64,000 bases of DNA from Octopus sinensis. Taxonomy: Eukaryota. The translations under genes and the position numbers were made by a program. The notes below the pieces were generated by a model that saw only the letters and a program-made list of their open reading frames with translations, did not search any database and was not told the DNA's origin. The stretch spans positions 94,116,001-94,180,000 of the forward strand of contig NC_043001.1 of the NCBI RefSeq assembly GCF_006345805.1, read 5' to 3'. This document shows positions 28,500 to 40,401 of this stretch, piece after piece; position 1 is the first letter of the stretch; each line of letters opens with the position of its first letter.

Positions 28500-28961
28500 A
28501 AGGGCAAGTCGATTACACCGGCCCCAGTGCTCAACTCTTACTTATTCTTATTTCTTTATTGCTCACAAGGAGCTAAACATAGAGGGGACAAACAAGGACA
28601 GACAAAGGGATTAAGTCGATTACGACCTCGGTGCGTAGCTGGTAATTAATTTATCGACCCCGAAAGGATGAAAGGCAAAGCGACCTCGGCGGAATTTGAA
28701 CTCAGAACGTAGCGGCAGACGAAATACCTATTTCTTTACTACCCTCAAAGGGCTAAACACAGAGAGGACAAACAAGGACAGGCAAACGGATTGAGTCGAT
28801 TATATCGACCCCAGTGCGGAACTGGTACTCATTTAATCGACCCCGAAAGGATGAAAGGCAAAGTCAGCCTCGGCGGAATTTGAACTCAGAACGTAGCGAC
28901 AGACGAAATACTGCTAAGCATTTCGCCCGGCGTGCTAACGTTTCTGCCAGCTCACCGCCTT
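28500..28961 (-). mobile_element. SINE family B with two tandem bodies plus a partial third
   Basis: Repeated gaactcagaacgtagcg..gaaggatgaaaggcaaag units after a single head; a further fragment lies at about 28970-29065. Confidence 0.9.
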
Positions 28962-30168
28962 ACTGTTAGCTATTTTATCAACCACGAAAGGATGAAAAGC
29001 AATGTCGACTTCATAGGCATTTGAACTGAGAACGTAAATTACTGGAATGAAATGCCGTTAAGTATTTTCTCCGAATCTCTATAGTATCTTCGCGCTCATC
29101 ACTTTACTTAGGAGAAATAACGGTAGCGTTAACGACAAATCACACGTTTTAATTGTGTAAAGGCCCGATTAGATAATGTAATTCTACATCAGCTGAAAAG
29201 ACGTTTTGTTTTAAATCTGAAATGCTTTATCACATACCTGTTTGCTTGATCTGAGCTGGCTTGGAGCTAAAGAACCATGATTACAACTGATTTATAAATC
29301 CAGCATGTTAATCATTTTGTTCCTAACTATTAGTCATTCACGTCGGTACTTTACATTCTGAATTCAAATCCCGCCGACGTCAAGATTTGCCGTACATCAT
29401 TCCGGATTAGACAAAATAAAACAGTATTATACAGGCACTGAGTCACAGAAATCGACAAATTCACTCAGCACATTTTTACTGGCCCTGTGCGTAAACCAAA
29501 AATACTGAAGAGTTATTCATGACATAATCTGTTTGAGGATATATTCTTCAAACGTTTAACTACACACAAAGTTCAGATGTCCACACATATACATAAACAC
29601 ACACATACACTCACATACAAGTGCGCACACTTACACACACAAATTCACGCATAAATATTTATAGATTATTCAAATAATTAATTATTTGATTATTCTGTAA
29701 TGAAGACATGCAAATAATCACATGGAATATGGCACAAACGCACAAACATAAAACACACACTCAGGTCTAGTACATGGTCACGTACATCCGTTTTACATAA
29801 GAAATACTATCTGAGTACGGATGCTGCAGTTAACTAGGTTTCGTATAACGTGTGATTATTCGTTTGTTCATCTGCAGTCAAAAATGTAAACGACTTATAA
29901 TAGGACCTGTAGATTAACTAAGATGGTTATGTGTATGTAAGCTAGTATGTGCTGGCGTGGCTGTTTGGTAAGAGATTGGCTTCACTACGAGATAGACCAA
30001 AATTCACTCCAACTGTGTGGTACCTATGTATATATGAGATGTATTGGTATCTTGAAGACCCAAAGAGTGTCAGGCAACGCTATGTGAGCGCTATGGGCAT
30101 ACCGTAGTTAAAGCCTTGGTTCGATAATGATACGAGGTGAGGAGTCTAATGCTGGTCTTGTATTAGCA

Positions 30169-30197
<29 letters not shown>

Positions 30198-30199
<2 letters not shown>

Positions 30200-30424
30200 T
30201 TCTTTATTGCCCACAAAGAGCTAAACATAGAGGGGACAAACAAGGTCAGACAAAGGGGTTAAGTCGATTACATCGACCTCAGTGCGTAACTGCTACTTTA
30301 TTTCTCGACCTCGAAAGGATGAATAGCAAAGTCGACCTCGGCAGAAATTGAACTCAGAACGTAATGGCAGGGGAAATACTGCTAAGCATTTCACCCGGCG
30401 TGCTAACGTTTCTGCCAGCTTGCC
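30198..30424 (-). mobile_element. SINE family B monomer
   Basis: Reverse complement of the 7533-7764 type. Confidence 0.9.
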
Positions 30425-30464
30425 GAGGTAACAATGCCAAGACTCTAAGGAGTTTTCAGGACAT

Positions 30465-30523
<59 letters not shown>

Positions 30524-30907
30524 TAATAATAATAATAATAACGAATTTATATATGCTAACTAGTATGTCCTGTGGAGGATAATTTTTAGGCTTTATTAAC
30601 GTACCTCGACATATGATTCTGCATCCGACATAATCATTATTATTAAATATTATACATAACACCTATGGACCTTGAGTTTGTCTCCATTACATTCTTATGC
30701 GTCAGGCAGTTACATCAATGCTCTCTTGCTGGCCCGATGTTTTGACTTAAAGCCATTCACCATTTTAAACCAGAATACTCCGTCATTTTGGGGCGTTACG
30801 TGTGAATCGTCCCAACACGGCAAAGAGAGAGAGACTAAGGCCAAAGAAAACAATGCATTGGGTTTTACTTGTGGTTCGTTCAAAATAAAAGAGAGAAAAA
30901 AAAGAAT

Positions 30908-32469
30908 TGTATGTAAGAGAGTCCTAGCAAGACCATTGCAGTTCCTCTTTCAGAGCTTCATTGCAACTGGCCAACTTCCAAGAAAACTGAAGGAAGGTAA
31001 AATATGCCCGATTCATAAAGGAGGTAACAGAGCGGAGGCCAAGACTACAGAACTATCTCTCTGACCTCACACATCAGCAAGGTCATGGAACGAATAGTCA
31101 GAAAGAAACTAATCACCTTCCTTGAAGAAAATGACTTGCTGCCTGACACCCAACATGGTTTCCGACCGGGAAGAAGCTGCTTAACTCAGCTCCTATAACA
31201 CTATGACTGGGTGCTGAAACGACTGCTCAACCACTCAAATGTGGAAGTCATATATCTCGACTTTGCAAACTGCGTGATCGTGGCACAGTTGGAAAATTGG
31301 GAGAATGGCTTCATGACTTTCTGAAGGATATAAGTCAGGTGGTAGTAGCCAATGGGGCCACTTCCATTAACACGCAAATAGTGAGCGGTGTTCAGCAGGG
31401 CACTGTTCTGGGACCACTACTGTTCATAATGGCCCTCTCAGACATGCCCTCAGCCACGCAGAGAGCCACGATCACAAGTTATGCAGATGATACAAAAGTT
31501 TCACAGGCAATACAGAACCCTGAAGACACTAAGCACCTGCAATGTGAGCTGGACAAAATATACAAGTGGGCTGAAAAGAATAGCATGCAGTTCAATGCTG
31601 AAAAGTTTCAAGCTTTTTACTATCAGCATGCAAGACTAAATGCAATACCCAATAAATACACTGGACCTGGGGGAATTGCAATCCCAGAGGCACAATCAGT
31701 GCGTGACCTGGGTATTTACATGAGTGATGACGCAACCTTTCATGCGCATGTTGCTAAATTGGGAAATGAAATGTAGGCGGCTGACCGGATGGATTCTTAG
31801 AACATTTAGAACAAGAGACCAGGAAACCATGATGGTCCTCTGGAGGACACTTGTCCTAAGCCACTTTAACTATTGCTCTCAGCTATGGTCACCATCCAGT
31901 GTCAAGTTAATCACAGAACTTGAGGCGATCCAACGAAGCTTCACGAAGAAGATAGCCTCTGTGCAGCATATAAGCTATTGGGAAAGACTCAAGAGATTGA
32001 GACTCTATTCCTTAGAGCGTAGGCGAGAAAGATATGCCATAATATACATCTGGAATAACCTAGAAGGACTTGTACCAAACTTTGGCATTGAAAGTTACAC
32101 AAATGTCAGAACTGGGCGCCACTGCATAGTGCCAACGACTCCAAATTTGTCATCGAGATGTAGGACAAGATACTGTGATAGCCTGGGCTTCAGAGGCCCA
32201 CAGTTCTTCAATATCCTCCCGAAGAACCTAAGAGACCTGCATGGGGTGGATGCAGATATCTTTAAAATGAAACGGGGTCTCTTTTTGTCAGGTGTCCCAG
32301 ATGAACAAACTTCACGGCAGGAGGTGCAAATGAGGGCAGCTGCATCGAACTCTCTCATGCACCAGATGGCATTTGCTAAAAAGCATTCGTGAAGTAAATT
32401 CATGTAGCAACACCAAATGGTGGTGCCCCAGCATGGCCACAGCTTGTGAGCTGAAACTGAAAAAAAAAA
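30908..32469 (+). mobile_element. 5'-truncated CR1-group LINE, disrupted RT ORF
   Basis: PIHKGG, QHGFRPGRSCLTQL, YLDFA, SGVQQGTVLGPLLF and YADDTK motifs; C-terminal YCSQLWSP..LEAIQRSFTK..ERRRERY. Stops and frameshifts present; 3' stem-loop tail and A-run at 32418-32469. Confidence 0.92.
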
Positions 32470-32514
32470 TTGACCAAAGAAGGTTTCGTGTATGATAGAG
32501 CAGACCAGGATAAT

Positions 32515-32685
32515 TTTTTACATTAGTTACATTACTTATATTCGACAGATATTTGTCCTCATCTTGTTTGTTGTTAAAGCAACGTTTCGGGTGATATATT
32601 CTCCAGCCTTCTTCAGGTGTCTTGGAGAAATTTCTAATCTGGGTTCTCATTTCTAAGGTATTTTTCGATATTATTATTATTATAA
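32515..32685 (-). mobile_element. Short hammerhead-bearing repeat (Penelope pLTR-like), diverged
   Basis: Minus strand gacacCTGAAGAaggctgg..cacccGAAAcgtt at 32576-32621; stems partly broken. Confidence 0.7.
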
Positions 32686-33074
32686 ATAATAAAACAAAGG
32701 TTCATTTTAACATTATCAGTTTGTAACAATATACAGACACGCTAGAGCGGTTAAAATTGAGATCAATTGGGTCGTAATATCGTATTGTTTCCTGTTGGGT
32801 TACTAAGTACGATTTTATAAAAGAGCACTACTGTCCGTCTACAGATGTATTTCAAATAAATGAGATAATCCCCTGTGTTTTATTATTCCTTCTATTCTTA
32901 CCAATGTACTTCTGTTCCTTTGAAGCCTGGCTGCTCTATTAGTTATATACTGTATAGACTACTGCCTATTATTCTTAACAGGAAAATGGCAATAACAGGT
33001 GGTAGCCGATATCAAGAAGCACAGGAGCTCAAAAGAGAGTATCCTGAGACATATGCCTAAGACAAGTTAAACGA

Positions 33075-33570
33075 TATATATATATATGCATATATATATA
33101 TATACATATATATATTATATATATATATATATGCATATATATACATATATATATGCATATATATATATATGCATATATATACATATATATATGCATATAT
33201 ATATACATATATATATATATGCATATATATACATATATATATATATATGCATATATATACATATATATATATGTATATATATATACATATATATATACAT
33301 ATATATACTTATATATATACATATATATATATGCATATATATATATGCATATATATACATGCATATATATACATATATATATGCATATATATATACATAT
33401 ATATATATATACATATACATATATATATACATATATATATGCATATATATACATATTTATATGCATATATAACATGCATATATATACATGCATATATATA
33501 CATGCATATATATACATATTTATATGCATATATATATATATATATATGCATATATATACACGCACACATA
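33075..33570. repeat. Compound (TA)n microsatellite with TGCA/TACA interruptions
   Basis: Directly visible. Confidence 0.95.
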
Positions 33571-34067
33571 TTTATATATCAATGACTATATGGTGGTGAA
33601 AGGCATTGTTTCATGATTTAGTGTCACACTGAAAAAGATTAATTATATATTAATATGAGGTTAATTGCAAAATAAGACAATTTTAAATAGTAGAAAATAC
33701 CGATGAGAGGTCATTTCAAATCGTGATGGAATTGCTGATGAATAATATTATTTCTGTTGAAAATATTAATTAGTTTAAAGGATTGAACAACACTTTATCT
33801 TCTGCTGCCATAGTCACTTGTCTCTCTCGAAGTCTCCCACTCCTTCTGTCTGTCTGTCTATCTCTCCCTCCCTTCTCTCTCTCTCTCTCTCCATACATAC
33901 GTGTGTGTGTATACATATATATATGCATATATACATATATATGCGTGTGATTTTGTTCGTATCTGTTTGTGTCTGTGTGTGGTTGTGATAACGTGCTTGT
34001 GACGGGACTTCGCCAAAGATTTACAGAGAGATTTCTTGCCCGAGCTATAAAACCTTACAGACTCCGG

Positions 34068-34099
<32 letters not shown>

Positions 34100-34101
<2 letters not shown>

Positions 34102-34245
34102 ATTATTGGAATCGATCTGAGTATCTTGGGGATAGTAGCCCGCGCCCTTAACCACTACGCCATATGCCCGTGGGCATATCAGCCGAAACGTTGTGTTAAC
34201 AACAAACAAAATGAGGACAAATATCCGTCGAATGTAAATAATGTA
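34100..34245. mobile_element. Inverted tRNA-like SINE head fused to the 3' half of the hammerhead repeat
   Basis: Minus strand gggcatatggcgtagtggttaagggcgcgggc (A box) up to about 34170; plus strand cagccGAAAcgttgtgttaacaacaaac from about 34180. Confidence 0.65.
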
Positions 34246-34550
34246 CTACCAGTACATGTTTCAACGTATCTGTTTGCGATGAACTCGACCAAGAGAATTA
34301 CTACCAGCCGAAACATTTGTCGATGAGCGCAAAAAGACATAATTGTAAAATAACATTTCTGATATATCAATTTGTTTGATTTTGTGAGATGCCGGAAGCT
34401 AAGACATATAGAACAGATTAAGGTGTCAGCTCTGTCCGGCATAGGAACCACCTTTGTACGGCCGTGGAAGAGAGGCAAATTATTTTAAATGCTGCCTATG
34501 TTTAAAGGAAAAATGTGGTGGACAATTTTGATAGAACTAAGAACATTCAT

Positions 34551-34860
34551 GTGGAGGCGCAATGGCCCAGTGGTTAGGGTAGCGGACTAGCGGTTGGATG
34601 ATCGCGGTTTCGATTCCCAGACCGGGCGTTGTGTGTGTTTTTTGAGCGAAAATACCTAAGAAAGCTTCACTAGGTTCCGGCAGGGGGTGGTGGTGACCCC
34701 TGTTGTAATCTTTTGTCACAACTTTCTCTCATTCTCTCTTCCTGTTTCTTGAGTAACGTTGCGATGGACCGGCGTCCCGTCCAGCTGGGGGGAACACATA
34801 CACCATAGAAACCGGGAAACCGCGCCCATGAGCCTGGCTAGGCTTGAAAAGGGCGACAGT
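34551..34860 (+). mobile_element. SINE family D copy
   Basis: tggcccagtggttaggg..ggtttcgattccc head; gcgatggaccggcgtcccgtccagctgggg core. Confidence 0.85.
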
Positions 34861-35692
34861 TATCGTTTTTTTAAAGAACATTCATATTCCTCTACGATAA
34901 TTTCCTCAAGAGCCTGTTCAAATTATCCCGAAGAGAAATTGGAGGGAAAATAATACAATATTCTAGTAAATTGGTTCTGATATGGATGAAGCATGACCAC
35001 GGGTTTACAATATGCATGTATGATACGATATGTATGTATGCATGTACATATAACGGACTGCGCGTGAACCCACTAATGTTTTATTATTTATCTATGTAAT
35101 GCCAAGTCAAGCATCACATTTGTGGACAATGAAGAATTATTATTATAGCAAATATAAACTGGTAAGATTACGTTATACTCAGCACATCCCTGCGACCAAA
35201 CCAGGGCAATCAGTGAAATTGTTTGACTTGATCCAGAATACGCAAAATTGTAAAATTCCTGTATTTGGTTTCCGTCAGATTTAAATATGTCTCTTATTGT
35301 TCACAATGAAACAAAGGTTTTATCACCAGTTTCAAACTTGGGGAATTCAATAACACAAATAATATACAGCAATAGATGCAGGTGTTGTGAGAGCATTACT
35401 ACCTCAACATATCAGGAAGATGTATTCTGAAAAACAATGAAAATATGTTCTCACTAATATTAAGGAGCAACAGTTGTGCAAATAATGGAAACAGCAACGA
35501 CACAATATCTATAAAAGAATGAACAAACAATGAAAATAGTCAATGTTTCCCTACAGTCATCATTTTTTGCTAAGGGTATAGAAAATTGCGTCCGTGTTGA
35601 CAGATTATTGGAGTAAACATCGATTATTATGATAAATGGGCACTGTGACATATCATATTGTTATAAATGAGGATTTCATTGCTGAATGTAAT

Positions 35693-35760
35693 TTAATGTC
35701 GGTTTGAATGATGCCTTGGTTTGTTCAGCAGCCTGTTTGCTTTCGGAAAGTAGTTATGTT
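35693..35760 (-). CDS. Candidate terminal coding exon of an unidentified host gene
   Basis: Long polypyrimidine acceptor tttctttttctttctttttctttttccctctcag|; phase 1 reads EHNYFPKANRLLNKPRHHSNRH*, in phase with exon 38866-38985. Confidence 0.4.
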
Positions 35761-36313
35761 CTGAGAGGGAAAAAGAAAAAGAAAGAAAAAGAAATAATAA
35801 TGAATAAATGACAGCAGATGGAGCAAAAAGAAAAGTATGTCAAAATATACAACCGTCAAGCATTCTTCATACACACAAAAACACATTCATACTAACACAC
35901 ACAGATAGTGACACACAGACACACATACACACGCTCTCTCCCTCACTATCTCTCACTCTCTCTCTCTGAGACACACACACAAACACACATACAGAGGTAC
36001 ACTCACACGCTGGCAGTTACGAAAGAAGAATACTTATACAGTATCCTCATGTGAATATCAAAACTGCATAGTTTCCTGCTAATTTTAAGGCATTATATTT
36101 AAGCTTGTATTTTTTCAGTTAACAGAATTCACTCTATTTCAGAGAAGCCAAATTGTCAGCAGTATATACTCACGGACATGTAAAGTTTGTGTTTATAATC
36201 AGTAATATATTTGCCTGTTTTTTTTTACCTATTGTGTTAATCCATATTATTATTATTATTATTATATTATTATTATTATTATTATTATTATATTATTATT
36301 ATTATTATTATCT

Positions 36314-36817
36314 TTGAGTGAGAGAGCAGTGCTTGCCATCAAATTGACACTGGGGTAAAATATACGAAGCCCAGTATACCCATTATGACTACCCGTCTGA
36401 TAAGGGTACATCAGGCACATGCATCACAACCATATATGCGCGACATGGTGACCTCATATCAAGATAAACAGCACATGACCTTGCAGGTGGGGGCCCAGTT
36501 AGAATTTTCTTCTGGTCGAGTAACCCATCCCGCTCAAAAGTTCCGTGCATTTTTGTTGTTTAAGAATGTTGAACGAAACACCCATGTTTCCAGAGGTGAA
36601 TTATTCAAACTCTAAAGAAACCCGCTCAACACATGCCTATGATGCTCCTCCACTACTTCCGCCTGTGATCAGAGATGCACATTTCATCAGCTACTAAAGG
36701 TCATGCTCAACTGGTTAAGGTCAAACAACTGACAAGCAAATCTGTGGTATTGAGCAGAATATTTGCTGTAGCCCATCTTTTATACCAAGACAAAACACTG
36801 TACATGATAACACTTAT
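36314..36817 (-). mobile_element. About 500-bp non-coding retroposon ending in (AAT)n
   Basis: Sharp boundaries against TTA/TAT runs; 3' tail tgtcaatttgatggcaagcactgctctctcactcaa shared with 22943-23150. Confidence 0.65.
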
Positions 36818-36849
36818 TACTATTATCAATTTATTTATTTGATGAAAAC

Positions 36850-37210
36850 TCTCAGCTTATTTTGTTGATAATCTTTGCTGTCCCTAAGAGATAAACTTTC
36901 TGTTGGAGCTCTAACGGGCATTTTTTTCTTCTTTTTCTTCTTCTTCTTCGTAGTTTATGGGCAGTTCCCATGAGTACGATCTTTTGAATTTCTGCCTTTT
37001 GGGGGTTTCCTGGTATGTGATCTAGATAGGAATCAGCTCCTTTTGCTATCATTCCTAGGGCACCCATGACAACAAGTGTGGTTTTAGCTTTGAGGTTCCA
37101 CATTTTGCCAATTTCTATTTCAAAATCTTTATACATGCTGAGTTTTTCTTACATCTTGACAAATACATTTATGTCGATTGGGGCAGTCATATCAATGACG
37201 AAGCATTATT
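36850..37210 (-). mobile_element. R4/Dong-like LINE C-terminal (RLE) fragment
   Basis: FVIDMTAPIDINVF..EKLSMYKDFEIEIGKMWNLKAKTTLVVMGALG..IQKIVLMGTAH; abuts a (TAT)n run at about 37215-37260. Confidence 0.8.
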
Positions 37211-37354
37211 TATTTTTACTATTATTATTATCATTATTATTATTATTATTATTAAGTTTATTATTTACTTTTAATCTGCATGTTTGTTACAATTGTTTGC
37301 CAAGGACCACAGCGTTCTAGAGTGAGTAAAGGATAATAGATGTTATTAATTTTG

Positions 37355-38500
37355 GGCAGAGTGAACGGTTACCTCTAAGACCTATTCAACATCATGTGAG
37401 GGCGCGTGGCTTAGTGGTTACGGCATTCGGCTCATGATCGTAAGGTTGTGAGTTCGATTCCCGGCGACGCGTTGTGTCCTTGAGCAAGACACTTTATTTC
37501 ACGTTGCTCCAGTCCACTCAGCTGGCAAAAATGAGTTGTAGTTGTATTTCAAAGGGTCAGCCTTGTCACTCTCTGTGTCACGCTGATTATCCCCGAGAAC
37601 TACGTTAAGGGTACACGTGTCTGTGGAATGCTCAGCCATTTGCACGTTAATTTCACGAGCAAGCTGTTCCGTTGATCGTATCAGCTGGGACCCTCGTCGT
37701 CGTAACCGGCGGAGTCTTTATTCAACATCATGCACTGGGTTTGGCAAAGTTGCACCCTTTAGTCACTATTGTACGTACTGACTCTCGATCTGCACAAACC
37801 CGAGGCGCTGTAAAGCATCCCGTGTGAACTAGGATGTGGGAGATGCGTGTTAGCACATGCCAACGACATCTCCGTAGTGGTGTCGGACCGTAAATAAATA
37901 GGGATGATCAGCACCGCTCTCAGGGACCACGAGGCCGTTTGAGGAGCGACAATTAAGCAGGAAGAAATCAGTGGGCTTGCGGTTCGGCTCCTGGAGAAGC
38001 AAGCTCATGTCGTCTAACAGCATCATTGGGCGCTGAACGGATGGACCAGTTAAATTGCTCGGGATCTGGTTCGGTCTGGACTTCCAAATGGACAACTAGG
38101 AAGAGTTAACGAGCTTGGTGACTACTTTCACCCAGAAATAGGCCGAGAGAAAGCTATACTTGAAAAGTCAAACAGAGGTGGCTAACTCGTATATCGCGGC
38201 TGTCATCTATCGTTTGACCACCGCGCCCTGTCCTGGCCATCGTCTGATTACGCTCGATCGCATACTCTTCCGCTTCTTGTAGAATCGACGCTTGCCGATG
38301 GTCAGGCTATCTGTCTGCTGTCAGCATTCGCTGCGTGCTGGCGTTGGCATGCCATGGTTGATGATGCGCAGACATGTGCTGCAGCTACGACATTACGAGT
38401 GCTTCCTCGACGGTGAACAGGCGTGGTCGTCGTTTGCCAGACATATATTTCCGCAAAAACATGTATTTCCGCAAACGTTAGACTTCAATGGAGACATATA
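37355..38500 (+). mobile_element. Decayed Tx1/L1-clade ORF2 (RT) fragment interrupted by a SINE
   Basis: RVNGYL..FNIM|..LLYVLTL..AHANDISVVVSD (YADD-like)..KSVGLRFGSWR..TDGPVKLLGIWFG..MPWLMMRRH, with multiple stops and frameshifts. Confidence 0.75.
37397..37718 (+). mobile_element. SINE family C with a 14-bp TSD
   Basis: Head ggcgcgtggcttagtggtta..gagttcgattccc; CORE-like gtgtccttgagcaagacactt; TSD tattcaacatcatg at 37383-37396 and 37719-37732. Confidence 0.92.
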
Positions 38501-38574
38501 GAGAAACTCCATCACTAACTAGCTCGTCTAACTGATAATGTTAAAATGAACCTTTGTTTATTATTTATAATAAT

Positions 38575-38735
38575 AAAGCCGAAAAATACCTTAGGAATGA
38601 GAACCCAGGCTCGAAATTTCCCCAAGACACCTGAAGAAGGCTGCAGGGTATATCTGCCGAAACGTTGTGTTAACAACAAACAAGATGAGGACAAATATCC
38701 GTCGAATGTAAATAATATAAATAATGTAAATAATG
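38575..38735 (+). mobile_element. Short hammerhead-bearing repeat, best copy
   Basis: Same sequence family as 23790-23905, 32515-32685 and 34180-34245. Confidence 0.8.
38626..38671 (+). ncRNA. Minimal type I hammerhead ribozyme motif
   Basis: Stem I gacac/gtgtt; CTGAAGA at 38631-38637; stem II ggc..gcc; GAAA at 38659-38662; palindromic AACGTT stem III with cleavage triplet GUU. Confidence 0.7.
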
Positions 38736-38865
38736 AATATTATAAATGCCATTGTTATTGTTGCTGTTGACTTTGGCTTCTTGTTTATATCTCCGTCGAC
38801 GGAAGCGCTAACAGATGATATAATTTGATTGCCAGCATTCTCACTAGTTTGTGAGTTGTTCTTAC

Positions 38866-38985
38866 CTGCGTGGTCCACTGTTGTGCATAGATATTGATAC
38901 TTTACAGGATGCGACAAGTAAACTTCTCCATTTTCTCTTTCTTTGGCCATGCAACAACAAAAAGCACTCATTTTTTCGGGGGCAT
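38866..38985 (-). CDS. Candidate internal exon (120 nt, phase 1-1) of an unidentified host gene
   Basis: Acceptor gttttgtaatag|, donor CAG|gtaaga; open frame (D)APEKMSAFCCCMAKERENGEVYLSHPVKYQYLCTTVDHA. Confidence 0.5.
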
Positions 38986-39049
38986 CTATTACAAAACACT
39001 GTCATATTAGTTTGAAGTCTTAGCACAAGGGGAGAAGTTTCGGGGAAAT

Positions 39050-39208
39050 GAGTGGCCATTCCATCGACCTCACTGTCCAACTGGTACTTAATTTATCGAC
39101 CCTGAAAGGATGGAAAGCAAAGTCGACCACGGGGAATTTTAAATTGAAACGGGAAGACGGACGAAATGCCACTCAGCATTTTACCCGGCGTGCTAACGAT
39201 TTTGCCAG
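39050..39208 (-). mobile_element. SINE family B, short-tail variant
   Basis: Head and core present; the long 3' tail is absent. Confidence 0.75.
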
Positions 39209-40339
39209 TATGAGTATGTATCTTTTACTCAACTTCTTTTCGATTGCGATGACAGGCATATTAGATCTGATCTTCTTACTAGTGCGGAAATACATTCCAT
39301 ACGTGGTGGCTGCCACCTTGTGTTAATGTCTGGGTAAGTGATTTCTTATGCTACGGTCTCATTCTGATTGTTGATGCCGATCTTTTGAAAACTTTTCGTC
39401 CGGATATGTTATGCTCTTTAGCAGGAGCATTACTCGTAAATACATATATACATTGGAATTAATGCTTATCGCCACTTCTATATCGCTGTTCTGTACGAAC
39501 CGACATAACTACCGTTTACAATCCCAGGAATAGCCTCCTCTAGCTTGATATCTATGCAATCTGCACCCGATATATATTGCAAATAGTAGAACGAACACCT
39601 AACACCTAACAGACAACGGGTCCAGCAGACTGTACAGTTTCGAGCTACTAGGCTCAAAAGCGTACACAGTAGTGGATACCCCTGTCATCTGCTCCAGCTC
39701 GCAATATATGATAAAATAAGTGACAACCAGTCACTGAACTCTACATGATAAAAGTGGTAGCTATATTGAGAAGTGATGCTTAGAGACTTTTAAGCAAGGT
39801 ACATATGTATTTTATTCTCTCTAATACATATATATACTTTTTATGTACTTATGTATTTATGTTTGTACGCATGTATATATGCATTTATGTATACTTGTAT
39901 AATTTTTTTTTGCATCTGTACTTAAGGTGTTTCTATACACTAATACATAAAAACGTTAACTGTGCAAACTGTCTCGGAAGAATAACTCTTATAGTCTGCT
40001 TCTTATGAAAACACTCTCAGGTTTGCTTTGAGTGGCTCGGTTATTGAGTAGTAATTTTCTTGCAATGTTTTTGCTTTGTGTTTTAGATATTCATTTCATC
40101 CATTTATTCATATCATATGAGTTGTTATTTAAGGATGGGTATATTCATATATATGAAGCTTCTTTCAGATATGATTAGGCTGTAAGAATCATGTCCCCTT
40201 GTAGTTAGGCTTCATCATGTAAAGACACCTAATCTATCGTTCGTCTCCCACTCAGAAATGAGGTTCGTATGGATAAATCGCACACAAGCATATTTGTTGA
40301 TATGTGTAACGTTTAATCAAGATTGCATTGATTATTTAC

Positions 40340-40401
40340 CATATTTTACAATATAATGCGCCTGGACACATAAGGTGAACCCCAATTTTGGGTGGCCTAA
40401 T
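40340..40401 (-). CDS. Candidate internal exon (62 nt) of an unidentified host gene
   Basis: Acceptor tttttttttctatgtag|, donor ATG|gtaaat; frame LGHPKLGFTLCVQAHYIVKY joins exon 38866-38985 in phase. Confidence 0.45.

Noticed and set aside
22048-28961. CRISPR-like repeat-spacer pattern
   Set aside because: The repeats are SINE bodies of about 185 bp without unique spacers; eukaryotic context and no cas genes.
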